From Podarcis erhardii (taxonomy: Eukaryota): a stretch of 64,000 bases of DNA. Positions 1 through 13,329 of this stretch are shown one piece after another. The stretch lies in assembly GCA_964252035.1 (NCBI GenBank), contig CAXUOO010000048.1; one strand, given 5' to 3'. The position numbers were made by a program, and so were the translations under genes. The stretch's first letter is position 1. Every line of letters starts with the position of its first letter. The notes beneath the pieces were generated by a model that saw only the letters and a list, made by a program, of their open reading frames with translations, was not told the DNA's origin and ran no database searches.

Positions 1-780
1 GATCAGACAAATCTGCGCGGCACGCAGTTCGCGAGGAAATACAGCGCTGAAAAAGTCTCCCGTGTTTATACCTTTCCAAAGATAATCTGTGATTTTTTGT
101 ACAGCACAATTCTTTTTGTTTTCAATGTCATACACTTTCGTAACATTTTATCGAGATTTTTTTCTGTCTTGTTCGTGCATTTTTGAATCTTGTGGGTCTC
201 GTTTTCTGCCGTCTGTCTTCCGGACTTGTAGCACCGCTTCTGAATCTTCTTTTTTTGGAATCTATTAGTAGTTGTTTTACTCCTTGAAGTAATTACGGTA
301 GCGAGTCAGGTGTCATGTTCTAGCATACAGCAAATCTATCGTCAAAGTCCCTGGTATGTATTCTGTATTCTTCGTAACGGGTTTTCTGCTATTCCAAACC
401 TTCGCACCCCGTTTTTATTCTCATCATTCAATTCCTCGGAAAATCCTAGTATTCTCGTAAAGATATTTGGGTCAATACATCACTGTGTTAGTGTGCGGTC
501 TATACGGCTTTATCATCGCTCTGCTTTATTCTGCATATCCTGCTACTCATGTAGATTCGCAACAACTGTTTTGAACAAAATCAGTCCTGCTTCTTCAATT
601 AGATATGAGTTTTGAATATACATTGGTGCAGCTGTACAGCAAAGTTTACTTTTCTTAATGGTTCCGTTCTCACGTATTATCTTCGTTTTCAAACCGTAGA
701 GTTTCACAAACACATCCACAAAACATCGCAGATCATTTGAGGATATTCTTCAAGCGGAGAAATATAGATACTTTCCAAAA

Positions 781-1343
781 ATGCAGATTTCGATTACAGA
801 CGAGGGTAAGATTGCTAACTACGGTTCGCTGATTTCGTGGAAACCGGTATACTTTGATGTGTTTGTATGCAATCGTGTACGCACTTGCCTATGTGTGTAT
901 GATAGTGTTTGTGTTAGAGCTCGCCTCTAGTGGTCCACACGTATGATATATTTCCCTCCGTAACATAAATGGCTGTGAGCGGCGACACGTGTATATATTT
1001 ATATGCATCAGAGAGCGATTTTTTATCTCGATTCTCATTATACTGGTCTAAAGACAAATTCTTGATTTTGGATACAATTAGGTACATTTCGCAAAGTGTA
1101 TTTCTACTTATGTACATGCATATTATACACCGGCGGATATCCCCCCCCAGTATGTACTGTTGCATGGTTGATACTAGAGCTACTGAAGAGATGATTTCAC
1201 AAACTGATATGTAAGCGTCTGCGCAGCAACTCGCCTTAGAGCATATTTTTTTTTTTTAGAAATTCAATGCGCCTGTGGCTTCACCCATATAGTATTTGAA
1301 AGATATCAACTATTGAAAACTTCAACAAAATAACCTTTTCATA

Positions 1344-1405
<62 letters not shown>

Positions 1406-1862
1406 GGTCTATGTTGACAAGTGCTTTGGCAGATTCTTTGATAGTATATTTGAGAACATATGTGAAAAATTTCGTATATACATGTATATGTAGAGGTCGA
1501 CAAACAGATTCAGAATCAAGTTTCATAGGATGAGCTTTCAAAAAGTCATTCACTCGTATGACTTTCTCTCAAGGATGCTCAAATTAATTCCTTCAAGTTG
1601 TAGTGATATGCAGCTGCACTTCTTGACATATGATGTAGGGGAACTTATGTACGTGCAATTTCGTGTATGAGCTCTTGCTCAGAGTTACCTCCAGGTCACT
1701 TTATTTCATTTTCTTTCGGTAATCTCTCAATTTCAAACTAGTAGGATTGTGCACTCGTCTACATACATGCACAATTATATATATATATATATACATGCGC
1801 ACTGTAACGCATCGTTTTGCTTCTGTATCGGATGCTATCAGCATTTTTCAATCTGCATGCTA

Positions 1863-1902
<40 letters not shown>

Positions 1903-4900
1903 CTATTCATACATGCTCATATGCTTTCATCTCCCTATGTTCTCCACGTTTCGACAACTTTTCTGATGATGGATCTGCAGACGGTTTACCTTTTGAAGCT
2001 CATTCTCTGAAAGGCAATTGCGCACGAAATATTTCCTATATATATATATATTATATATTTCTTATACATATACATATAATTTTGAAACTCTATAGAGTGA
2101 TTTGCGTGGTTTGCAGCCCAAGCGTAGTGATTTTACGAGTAGACTGCTGCCTCATTCTACTCAGAGTACCTTTTTATCCTAATATGCTTATGACCTACTT
2201 GATCTCACTTGTATTTGCTCAAGCAGCCTTTGGATTAGTAGAATTGTCTCATCCAGATAACTCGTTACCTATAAATCGATTTGCAAAGCTCAATTTTTCT
2301 TAGAATTCAGAGCTGCATCACATACACCTTTCGTTTGAAGTAAGCGGTTGTAAGACACATAAGCTCAGCATCTGTTTTCTCGAGAGTTTCTCCGACTTCT
2401 CTACTAAAAAATATTATACAGAAAAGAAACACACATGTATTTGTATCCATGCTTATATGAGTTTACGAGATGTCTGAAATTTTCGATGCAGAGATACATA
2501 TATTATGTCACAAAATAGAAAGAGTTGTCCAGTATCAGTAATGTGCGCCAGTTGCAACCCGCACGTAGTAGTCTGATTTATTATCAAATAATCATCGAAG
2601 GTTCAGGCACTGATATTCATTGGCATTGGAAAAGCTTTAGCAAACTATACATATATGTAAGTAAATATATAAAATTTATATCTATATATATTGGAACGCC
2701 TAGTATGTGTGTACAAACATAGTAGTATTTAATTATACAAGAGATTGAGTCGCTCTTTCATGCCTCACTTCAATATACAGATGGGGGATTGACATTCCCA
2801 CTGGAAGTTGACGAAGAATCGCGCGTAGATACATTGCGAGCTCTTATAGAGATAGAGACTGGGATTTCGGCTGCGGAGCAATGCCTCCTTGTAGACATGA
2901 AAGCCATCAGGTAGAGCCTTTTACGCTTTTCCCTACACTACATGCTCGCACCTTCTTCTCTCTTCCTCTCTCTCTCATTCTCTCTCTTATAAATAACTAC
3001 AATCAAGCTATGTACATACGCATAAACATGTATGTACCTGACTGTCGAGAAAAGTATTCATTTCGCTAGGTTTACGTCTACAATATAGACGGAGATGTAT
3101 ATGCTGTTCGTTACTATGTATCGGTGTTTATATTGATGAATAATTATCTCCGGAGCCACTAGGAGTTATGTGAACACGATTTACGTGTTGTAGTGAGTAG
3201 CTCAGTTTCCCGTAAGCTCAAGTTTTTCGCATAAAGTTTGACTTGCTCTGCAGCTGGTGCTATACCCTACCTCCTTCTTCGATATGTATTCGTCTTTGAG
3301 TATGCGACCGAAACAGAGAGGATGCAAGAGAGAAAAAAGAAGAGCATGCGATGCAGAAGAGAAAAGATCAAAAGTAACTTCTTCTGATGGCTCTGATGTA
3401 CACTCGCCCTTTTTCTTGTGATTTTCTTCGTAGACTCCTAGCTGTTTTTTCTGATAACTCTCTTTCTTTCATTACACCTGTGCATGTGTGGACACTTAGT
3501 AAAGGTAAGTATTTGGCTGGCATGGAAAAAAGCATGCATCGGTTTGCTTGACTCATTAGAAACTCAAAAAGGCACGAAAATTCGGCAGTCTCCGCCTCCT
3601 ACTGATGCTGTTATTGTATACATTGCGCCAACCGCTCATTATCAAATGCAATATTGACGTTGACGGTGAAGAATACTCGGTGCAATAGTGGCAACAAGGA
3701 GGCCCGTGAAACTCACAGCAGCTGACCGTTCGAGCCCTGCTCAGTGTATTCGTAAAACGTAGTCTTTCTCGAATCACTAGGAAGAGCAGAACACGTCTAA
3801 AAAAATTATTGGCCTTGCAGTTTGTGCGCTGTTGATAGTCCTACAGCAGAAACTGTCAAAGCGGCAGGCATATCAGAGGGGTGCCTGCTCTTTGTGGCTC
3901 GCTCGCCGTCTGCTTTCAACGGCAGCAGCACAAGCAGTAGAAGACGAGATGCTTCTACTGCTGCTGCTATTGGCTCTATTGGTCTAGTTGATGCTTTAGC
4001 CGATAGAGGCGGCGCATCAAGCACAAACACTAACACTAGCAATAGCAACAGAGCTACTAGAACGGAGAGACCAGCCGATTCTCGAGCCTTTTTCGACTTC
4101 TCAAGTGAGTCAAGCACGCATGTTTGTTCTAATGTCTGGAAGCATTTCTGCTGCGATTTTAGCTTCTTCACATACATAAATACTTCGAAGGGAAACGCGC
4201 GATTCACATATAAATATATATATATATATTTAAGGCGGAAGCTTGTTGTCTCTTGCTTTGCTGTTGTGTGCCTGTTAGATAGCTGACGCAGCGGTTTGAA
4301 GCTGTATACATATCCTAGTCTGCCTGTTAGGTTGTCTTTGTCGAAAGCACGAAATTTATCTTTTTAAGTCTCAAACCAAAGTACGTATAGCGTAGATGCA
4401 TGTGCTTTGTATATTTTGAGCGTACTCGTACGTACGTGAGAGAAATTGCAGACTTGTGTGGGGGGCAACAGATGATGAGGGATGGTGCGGGTGCTGGTCC
4501 GCGGTGCCGCTCAATGTGTCGCTTGGGGGCTACTATTTACAAACAAATGTTAACGTGTATATTTGCAGACACACTCCATTGTGGTCAAGTTCTTCTTTCT
4601 TCAGATTTATACGCTTTTCTGGTATTCTAGATATCGTATACTTCAGTATACTCATTTGAGGATACATTTGAAGCGCGAGTATGCTCCCTCCGGAATCTCA
4701 AGGCAGACGCATCGTGGAAAAGAATGGTCTTCAACAACTCGGCTCTCTCTATATAACCATCGTGGTGCTGTAAAAATACACACAAGTTCTTGTGTGTCAA
4801 GTGCACATTCAGGAAGACATCTCTAGAGCTTTTTCAACTCAAGAGCCGTGACTCAGTCGTTCTTCCCATCATCTATACGTACATATACATTTTGAAGAGG

Positions 4901-6832
4901 TGTGTCTGTGTTTGACGCGTAGTATATATGCTTTCTCGGCAGTTTCAACTCGAAACATGCATAAGTACTCTTTTTCAAGGCGTATGTCTCTTGCAGGTAT
5001 CGTGGTGAAAGACGGACGGGTGGCGGCGCCGGTTCCAGTTCGCAACAAAGCAGCAAAAAGCACCGCCTCTTCTTCTTCAACTGGAGCAGCAGCCTCAAAT
5101 CATCTCTCAAATTTCACAGCAGGAACGACAGCAGAAGCCAACTCGAGAGGACAGTCAAGGCAGCAGCAGCAGCAGATTGGAGAGGTGGGTGGGCCTTCAC
5201 GGAGAGGAGGCGGCGCAGTAGCCGACGAAGAGTATTTGAAGAAACAAGCGGAAACTCTGGTGAATGTTTGCGCTGCTGATAGCAGCACAATGGCTGTTTT
5301 GGTGTCTGAAAATGAAGCTCTTGCTGCGTTGCTGCCTGAAGCAGTGGAAGAAGCCAGGCGGCTGCCTGCGCACGAGGGCGGCGCAGACTCTGCATTTGTC
5401 AGGTTGAAAGACTATTTGCGCAAGCAGTTGATGGAGCGCAGGAAGGTAGGGGGTCTTCCATTCTGTGCGTAAAAGTATGCATATCTCATAAACTCTTCCG
5501 AATTCGTCTCCGTTTGTCGAATTAGTATCTCTCTCTCTCTCACGTTTGACATGGGCTCAGACGGGACAATTTCATCGTTGAGATTGTCTAAAACCCCAAT
5601 CCTCCTTTCTGACTTGTTAGCCCCAATTATCCTGGGGACATCATGTCTCATGATAGCTTCTTTTTTTGCCAGTGCACAATTGAAAGGCCATCCTACTACG
5701 CATCAAATGTGTATACGTTTTCATGCATCATGTGGGGTCTCCTATGCATTTCATTTTTTCGTATTGTGTTGCTGGATCCTTTCTCTCAGTTTGTGTGTGC
5801 TCTTATCTCTGAGTTGCTACATTGTCTGTCGGTTTCGTCAAATATGACGTGGCTGCTGCTACTTTTTTGACCACTGTCAATCGAAATAGAGCTAGTGATT
5901 TTTCAAAAATGTCAACATACATGTACGGTCATACTGTTCAGGTTGGGTTTCCTTCCGCCATCTGCCTTCTTGTGATCAGAAGTTAGCATTGTCTATCTCT
6001 TGACTGACTTCAATATTCACGCTTTCAGTACATTTCCTTTATAGGAGTGACAGGCGTGCTGATCCTGATCACTTTTTCCTGAGTGGACCTGCAGTGTCTG
6101 TGTGTTGCATCTTGCTGAAGTGAAATATAGTTTTTTTGGACTGCCGATTTTACCAGAAGTTAAAATCACTACTTCTAAGGGTCTGATATGAAAAACAGGT
6201 TATTGTACTTGATTATTCGTGCTCAGCTATCGCCTTGAAATCTCTCCCCTTCTTCCTGTATTCCACTCTCATCTGTCTATCTATTTTATAACAACTTTCT
6301 CTGTCTCTATCCCTCACTCTCTCTCTCTCTCTCTCTCTTTATATATATATATATATAATTGTATATGTATCAGGACTTCCACAATTGAGTACACATGCTG
6401 CTATGGCTTCCGAGTAGTGGTAGCTTCCACATGTGACTGTCAGCGGTGTGGTATTTTATGTGCGAATCTACCTCGTCTGTCATTTGAGTAGACTTCCCTA
6501 ACAAAATACGCCATGCTCTTCCACGTAAGGAAACGATCAATGTGATTGAATACGACTTTGATGTTTACCTCACTGTTACCGGATTTTTAGCGTACTACGT
6601 TATTTGGGCTTCCCATTTGAGCAGAACCCCCATTCTTTTCTCTCATGTTGGCACCTTTCCTACATCAATTTTCCAATACCACATATATGTATATGTATAC
6701 ACTACGCAGTATAGCTTTCTGTTGCGATTTATGCACCTCAGCTGACTCTTTATGAAGCTGCAGGCATTTCAAGTATGTAGGCAGCTGCTCAAAGAAATTT
6801 CAAATCAGGCGGATTTACTTATGAACTGCCGT

Positions 6833-6882
<50 letters not shown>

Positions 6883-9800
6883 CATATGCATACTTTATGT
6901 ACACGAGTTCATTTATTATTTGACAGATTCTTAAACCCATTGCGCAGGCAGCAGCTTTGCGTTTTGTTCGTGATGGACAGATTTTTAGTGTGAAAATTCT
7001 ATTTGGTAGTGCAGCGGCTTTGGCATGTGATACTAGTGCCTCCGTTTTTGCTGTGAAAAATAAGTGATTTGCCGTCTTCATCCAGAGAAGAGCTTCTAGT
7101 TTTATTAGTACAAACCACATCCGAAAAATTGTGTTTGAAATATTACGCAAGCTTGATAGAGCAATCTTGAACACTCGTGCAAATCGTATATAAGCGCTGG
7201 GTTACTCGACAACCAGCTGGATGTTCCCTCAATCGTTCGCCCCGCTTCTTGCAGCTACTTGGGAAGCTTACAGGCTTTATTTTTCTCTAAGTGCTTCCTC
7301 CCGTAATATATGCATAGAAAAATTCAATATATACACGAATCTGCATGTCCGCATTTATATATATATATATATATATTTACATAGTGTTACATTGTGTTTG
7401 ATACTATTTCTGTGTGCTGATCCTTTTCCCTCACATCGAGTTGTTTATTTTTCATGAAACTGCTCCTAACGCGTCTTCAGATAGATGCTTCTACGCCATA
7501 CGTACGAAAACATACACAAATACTTCTACACTCTATTTCCACTTTATCGTAGCCTTCAATTAGATGCTAGTGTTTGGGTTGGGATTTCTGACATATTTCT
7601 TCTCATTGTTGTTATGACGCGGCCACTTTTTCTTTATCGGTAATTTTGTTGTAACTGTTTGTCAATAGTACCTGTTCTGCTGTGCTGATGGTTTTTTGTT
7701 TTCACGGCTGCTCTATGTCTACATCCATTGCTGCGACCTATGTACCTCTCGACCGCTCTTTCTCAGTAAAAATCTGCTGTTGCTGCCGCGTTCCTTACTG
7801 AAACTCTGTTCCCCTGCCTCACTTCATGTTCTTTTTCTACTGCTGCAGCAGTTGCACTACGAGGCTTCTCGAATTTTATTTTTCTTTACTGCTGCAGCAG
7901 TTGCACTACTAGGCTTCTCGAATTTTATTTTCCTACATTCCTCAACGCATCTCCTTTACGCTTTTACCTTTTTCATTTCTAGTTTATGTTCCGTTTTGCC
8001 AAAATTTGGGTCCGAGCTATTCGTACTTTCATCCATTCTTCCTCTTTTCCTTTGATCCTGGCGCCATTTCTGCCTTTGTTTGCATTTTCCATGGCTCGAG
8101 ACTTTGGAAGACAAAGGCCGGGGTTGCTTCGCTGACTTTTCCTTCGTCTGATCGTTTCCCTCTATCGCTCTCTTTCCTGTTTTTTTTCTTTCCTACTTTT
8201 CGTGACCGTGTTTCAGAAGTCAGTCTTCTTTGTTATCTCTCTCATGCTCGTTCTGTGGGTAGTGTGTGTCTACTGTTCGCTGTAACTTGCTTTCCTTTCC
8301 TTTTTCCGGTACGCCGTGTTTTCACCACTTCCACACAAACTGTTTCGACCGTCTCTTTTCTTCGAGACCCTTATTCCCACTCTTCCCATCTTTTCTCATT
8401 TTCAATCTTCTCTGCACTTTCCTGGATGTCCTTGTGAGTGTCTCTCAACTCATGACTTTGCTGCGCAGTCCCATAATCTCCACGCTTCCCCCCGACCTTC
8501 TGCAAACTATGTCTCTTTTCTATCCTGCGCTTTTCCTTCTTTTCCACTTGTCACTAGTCTCCTCCCTTCAAACTGGAGACTTTCCCCACTACCTGTGGCT
8601 GACTGTCTGTCTCTCGGCTTCTCTATCTGCCTCCCTCGAGTCTGCGTACTCCCGCTGTGTGTCTTCGTATATGCATGAAATAGAGTGCATCCCATCTTTC
8701 CACTCGTCTTTTCTGTCCTGAAAATACTGTTTTCTCTGTCTCCTTTTCTTTTTTCGCCCAAGCGCATGCACGTCTCGTGTCCTCTGTCTCTGTCTCCTCG
8801 AGGTTTCTGAGAGTCACCGCGTGTGTGTACGTGGGCCTGGTGATTTTCTGACCCCTGCTTGACACCCTCCACGTCAATTATATGCATCTCTCCGTATCAA
8901 TAAATACAAGTCACTGGAAAAGTGGATATTCTTGCTGGCGCCTCTGCCCCTTGGGGGCTTCATTCTTGCTAAACTGCTGCGGGCTCTCCACGTCTGCCTG
9001 TTTTTTTTTTTGGTGCCAAACTTGGGCAGGCGGAAGAAGCTCGACTGCAAGAAATGACTGCCGCATTGGCAGACCCTCTTTCAGCGCGTGCTCAGTCTTT
9101 CGTGATGCGACAAATCCAGGCGGAACAAGTGGAAGATAATTACTTGCTAGCGCAGGAGCATTTACCCGAAGCTTTCGGGCACGTGTTTATGCTGTACGTC
9201 TCCATTGAAGTGAACGGAGTGGCGATCAAGGCCTTTGTAGACAGCGGTGCTCAGGGCACCTTCATGTCTGAAAAGTGCGCGGAAAGATGCAATTTGATGC
9301 GGTTGCTGGACAAACGCTACCAGGGCACTGCCTTGGGTGTGGGCCACGCGCAGATTCTAGGGAGAATTCACCTGGCCACGCTGAAAATCGGGTCCAAGTT
9401 CTATCCTTCCAGTTTCACTGTGCTTCAAGACGAGAAAATCCCGTTTCTGCTCGGACTGGATTTGCTGAGGCGGTATCAGTGTGCCATTGATCTGAAGAAG
9501 AACGTGCTGCGCATTGAAGGTGAGAAAAGAAGCGTCAACGCTGAAGGGAAGGCGTGGTGGTGAAAGTAAGGTAGTCTGACGCTGGAGAAGACGGACGAGA
9601 GATGTAGAATGGTCGGTAAGAAGTTGGATAGGACGTTGCTGAGTTTCTGCCGGGGCTGGAGTTGTAGTGCTGTGCAATGCTCGTGGAAGTCATATAGAGG
9701 GGAGATGATAGTGAGACGACTGTGGTGGTTTGGAGAGCACTGGTACGGGAAAATGGCGTCGCGGGGATGTCCATTGTGTGGGCAGGGTGCTATATATATA

Positions 9801-10566
9801 TATATATATATATATTTAGATATATATATGCATATATATATATATGTGTATGGCGGTCGCAGAGTTTGTCTTCTCTTGTCGGTGGCGACAGCAGGTGATT
9901 CATGACTGTCGCGGCGGTAAGTGGTGGTTTTATGATCTAGATGGTTTGTGCGGCCGATAGTAGAGAACGCGAGAATATGATGACGGGACCTCAGGTGACG
10001 TTGAAAGGTGGTGGGGCCATTTGCAAAATATCTCCTCTTCAGCAATATCTTTTTTTTAGCAGTTAGGCTGGGGTTGATGAGGATGATGGGATTGTTATTC
10101 AGTGACAACGGTGGTAAGGGTTGATTCCTTTCTCTGAGCTGGCGGTGGGAGGGCATTGTCGCATCAAAACTGGCGGTGGTGTTGTTAACTGGTAATAGAA
10201 TTTGTTGGCGGTAAGGCTGTCGCGAAGATATGGGGTGGTTGTGCGCCCTTCTAGCGTGGATCCGGCTGTTCTGAAGGTAATAGTGGCATACTGAAGCAAG
10301 TGCTGATATGGTGGGATGGCTGTAGTACAATTGTTTAAAGTGGGATGATCGTTTTCCTGCGGCTGTGCGAGACAGTGAGTCAGGGAGAGCACTGTCTTTG
10401 TTGATGGTTAAAGGAAGGGCGGGAGCGGATGTCGTGCTTATCTAGGAAGAAAAAATGCTGTGTTCTTACTTCTATATGGGAACGAATAAATCCGTTGTTG
10501 GCGATGGAAACAAAACTTGAGAAAAAACACATTAGGATACTGTTGTTGGGATGCGCTACGGTGATT

Positions 10567-10610
<44 letters not shown>

Positions 10611-11715
10611 ACATGAACACACTTACATGTATATCTATATATATATCGATACTGGGAAGAGAAGAATGCTCTTACACTAGCATATGTGCAGCGGCAGGAA
10701 AAAATGGACTTAGTAATCCGTGGCGCTGTCACAGCAACAGCGACAGCGGTCGCACCAACAGCAACAGTGCCTTGGAAGAACAGCAGCAGGAAGGAACATC
10801 GAAGTGTGGCTTGCGAAGAGAAGGAGATGAAAATGTAACAAACGCGCGTGAACGGCGCTAGGCAAGTATACCGAAGAGTGTAAAAGAGAGAAAAAAACCC
10901 AGTAGCTAACCATACCAGGAAACAGTGGAGGGCGGGGCACTTGGATACTGCGGTACAGCAGTCTGAATGGGGGAAGAAAGGGACGAGATAAAATTTTGTG
11001 GCGTTTATGAGACAGTACGTGGCTGATGCACGTTATTTTATAGCTTCTGCTTTTTGCTATCTGCCATGCGTCCCTCTGTTCACCTCTGACAGACGAAGAA
11101 GTTCCTTTTCTAGGAGAAAAAGATATAGAAAAAGGAGTGTTTGGACGTCAGGGAAGTAGCTTTTCTTTCGACGAAGTGTCTTTCAAAACATTTGACGGAA
11201 ACTTCTCTTCTTCCAGCAGCGCGCAGCAGCAGGAGGAACAGCAGCAGCGTCGAAAAGGAGAGGGGGAATTTGGTATTCTTCCATCGGCTAGTTCTCAAAC
11301 CGGTTTAGAGCGCGAGGCTAGTACTACTGGCCTCACTTTTGCAGACGAAGCAAAGGTTCAACAGTGAGCGGCCACATAAGAGGTCGTGAGCTATATATGT
11401 ATATATATACATATTTATATATATATATATATATTTATAACTCAATAAATCTATATCTGTATATGTACATGTATACAAACTAGTATATGTATATATATGT
11501 AATTGGTATATATTTATTTATTTAAATAATGCCCATATGTGATATATACCAATATAAATCTATATCTGTAATTTCTTTATTTGATATATATTTATTTATT
11601 TATATAATGCCCATATGTGTTATATACCAACATATATCTATATCTGTATATGTACTGATATTTATATGTGAATATATATACAGATATTAATGTGCGTATA
11701 AACATTCATTAATTG

Positions 11716-11751
<36 letters not shown>

Positions 11752-11830
11752 ATAACACATGCTGATATATCTATGTAAAGTTGTGATGGAAAAGCATCTC
11801 CAGAATACTCGCGCATGTACAAAGTTATTG

Positions 11831-11865
<35 letters not shown>

Positions 11866-13120
11866 TCCCACATAGTAGAATGTTTTTTTCATAAATTATG
11901 CATTATTTCGACAAAACAGTCTCTTGATTATGTGGGATAGCGCTCTACCGTCCGGTGACTTCACATCATTAGCATATGAAAGAAGAATTTGGTCTGTGCT
12001 TGCTACTTCCACACGTTTTCTCAGTAAAAAGATCTTCAAGGCTGAAGAAAGATGCGCAGTTAGAAAAATTGAGAAGCTGAATAACACTAAGAGCGCCTTT
12101 AACAAAAAAACTAGTCAGAAATTTGCGCTATGTCTTTAGCTGCACAACTCGTGCTTTCTGACACTTTGATTAAGCGATTAATATAAACAGCGGCTAACCT
12201 CTCACAGAAGCTCATATTTGCGTGACGTCTTGAGTGGGCTTGCATATGAGGAAAATTGACGTTCACATATTTATTAAACTGGTTTAATATCACACCCGCA
12301 AACGAATGTCGTGGTCATTCACTCACACCCGCGCCGCACCTACAGAAAATTGCATACACAGTTCTATATATATCTCCACCAGATTTTATCAGCCCCAAAT
12401 ATAAAGATTTTGATGCGTTTGCTGTTGCTTTGTTTGGTCAACATGCGTAACAGATAATTCGACAGTAAAGTTGTACGCATTTTGGAGGGCTCTTGCGCTC
12501 TTTCTGTTATTCACATGGCCTACTACTAATATTCTGGTGCATCGCAACGTTCGTCGCGTTGTAATGTAAATGAAGGCAGAAAATTGTTTTTTCTTTCTCG
12601 CTTGCTGTGCGCAACAATGCAGCAGAATGATGTACAGGACCAAATGAGCAGCATTCGAACTCGTGCATTGACACTTGATTTTATAGCTATGCTCTTTCGC
12701 AAAAAAGTGAAGAAAGGGTGGAACGAATACTTCCTGACGTGCATTCGATGTACGGTGTATGTTACATGTTTGAACGTTGCAAGGGGCCCGCTCCGAGTAG
12801 CTCCATACGTTTCCAGAAGTGATGTTGCACATTTTCGGAATTAGGCAAGCATATGGGGAAAACTGAACCTGATTTCTTGTTTTCGGCGCAGTAGGGCTTC
12901 AGGATCTATCCCTATAGACGTATGTACAGACACGAGATTATTTTCCAGGTATAGACTCTCAGCTTTCATACCTTATATGTAAAATTTGGCGCCACTACAT
13001 CTGCGCATTTTTGGCACTCGATATTCATTCACATTTTTGGCACTAGAACTGTGACGTGGGTATTATGTTTTGAGACATTCCCATGAAGTTCCGACGTTAA
13101 AGAATTGGCAGAAATATTCG

Positions 13121-13165
<45 letters not shown>

Positions 13166-13329
13166 CTGTAGTCGTCGATTCTGCCTGTGCATGCTGGCTG
13201 CCTCAGATTGGTGGACCTTGGATTTTTCGCATTGACGCAGTGGATGCGTTGAAAAAGGCTGAGGGAAATGTTGAGGCAGCCGCATCATTTCTGCTACAGC
13301 AGCAGAGGGTGCACAGAAGGCCGCTATGA
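781..13329 (+). CDS. DDI1: DNA damage-inducible protein 1 (UBL + helical domain + retroviral-type aspartyl protease + UBA), 7 exons, ~590 aa
   Basis: Exons joined at GT-AG sites with consistent phases: 781-805, 2781-2910, 3821-4104, 4997-5445, 9030-9519, 11093-11363, 13207-13329. Translation gives the UBL (MQISITDEDGGLTFPLEVDEESRVDTLRALIEIETGISAAEQCLL), FFDFSSIVV, the protease exon (PEAFGHVFMLYVSIEVNGVAIKAFVDSGAQ...FLLGLDLLRRYQCAIDLKKNVLRIE; catalytic Asp codon 9240-9242), EEVPFLGEKDI, and the UBA (EAKVQQLVDLGF..IDAVDALKKAEGNVEAAASFLL). The last exon needs +1 nt in the T-run at ~13223-13227. Confidence 0.95.
1347..1402. repeat. (AT)n microsatellite, DDI1 intron 1
   Basis: Perfect AT dinucleotide run. 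Similar runs at 6835-6879, ~10567-10606, ~11833-11860, 13124-13164 and 15154-15187. Confidence 0.97.
7835..7931. repeat. 49-bp direct tandem duplication in DDI1 intron 4
   Basis: tactgctgcagcagttgcactac(g/t)aggcttctcgaattttatttt at 7838 and 7887. Confidence 0.9.
9030..9519 (+). CDS. DDI1: DDI1 exon 5: aspartyl protease (RVP) domain
   Basis: ORF 9054-9563 carries the DSGAQ catalytic motif and the DDI1-typical flanks (HLPEAFGHVFMLYV, LLGLDLLRRYQCAIDL). Acceptor ggcag ends at 9029; donor gtgaga starts at 9520. Confidence 0.96.
11430..11660. repeat. AT-rich ~78-bp minisatellite (2-3 copies) in DDI1 intron 6
   Basis: ataatgcccatatgtg.tatataccaa..ta.atctatatctgta at 11526 and 11604, with a partial copy near 11447. 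Confidence 0.75.

Noticed and set aside
310-615. 101-aa ORF upstream of DDI1
   Set aside because: GTG-initiated, no recognisable domain, and lies in the probable DDI1 promoter/5' UTR.
1281-2303. ORFs containing IYIYIY runs (also at 6752, 10380-10680, 11662, 13097, 42988)
   Set aside because: Artefacts of stop-free (AT)n microsatellites in introns or intergenic DNA.
7696-8887. Overlapping 120-150 aa ORFs on both strands
   Set aside because: Pyrimidine-rich DDI1 intron 4 gives stop-poor F/L/S-rich and R/E/K-rich frames, with no coding signature.
9054-9563. Retroviral-type aspartyl protease ORF as evidence of an LTR retrotransposon
   Set aside because: It is a spliced exon of cellular DDI1, in phase with UBL and UBA exons. 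No gag, RT, integrase or LTRs are nearby.
9476-10330. Longest ORF in the track (284 aa, minus strand)
   Set aside because: Antisense to the DDI1 exon 5/intron 5 boundary, runs through an (AT)n tract (YIYIYI), low complexity, no recognisable domain.
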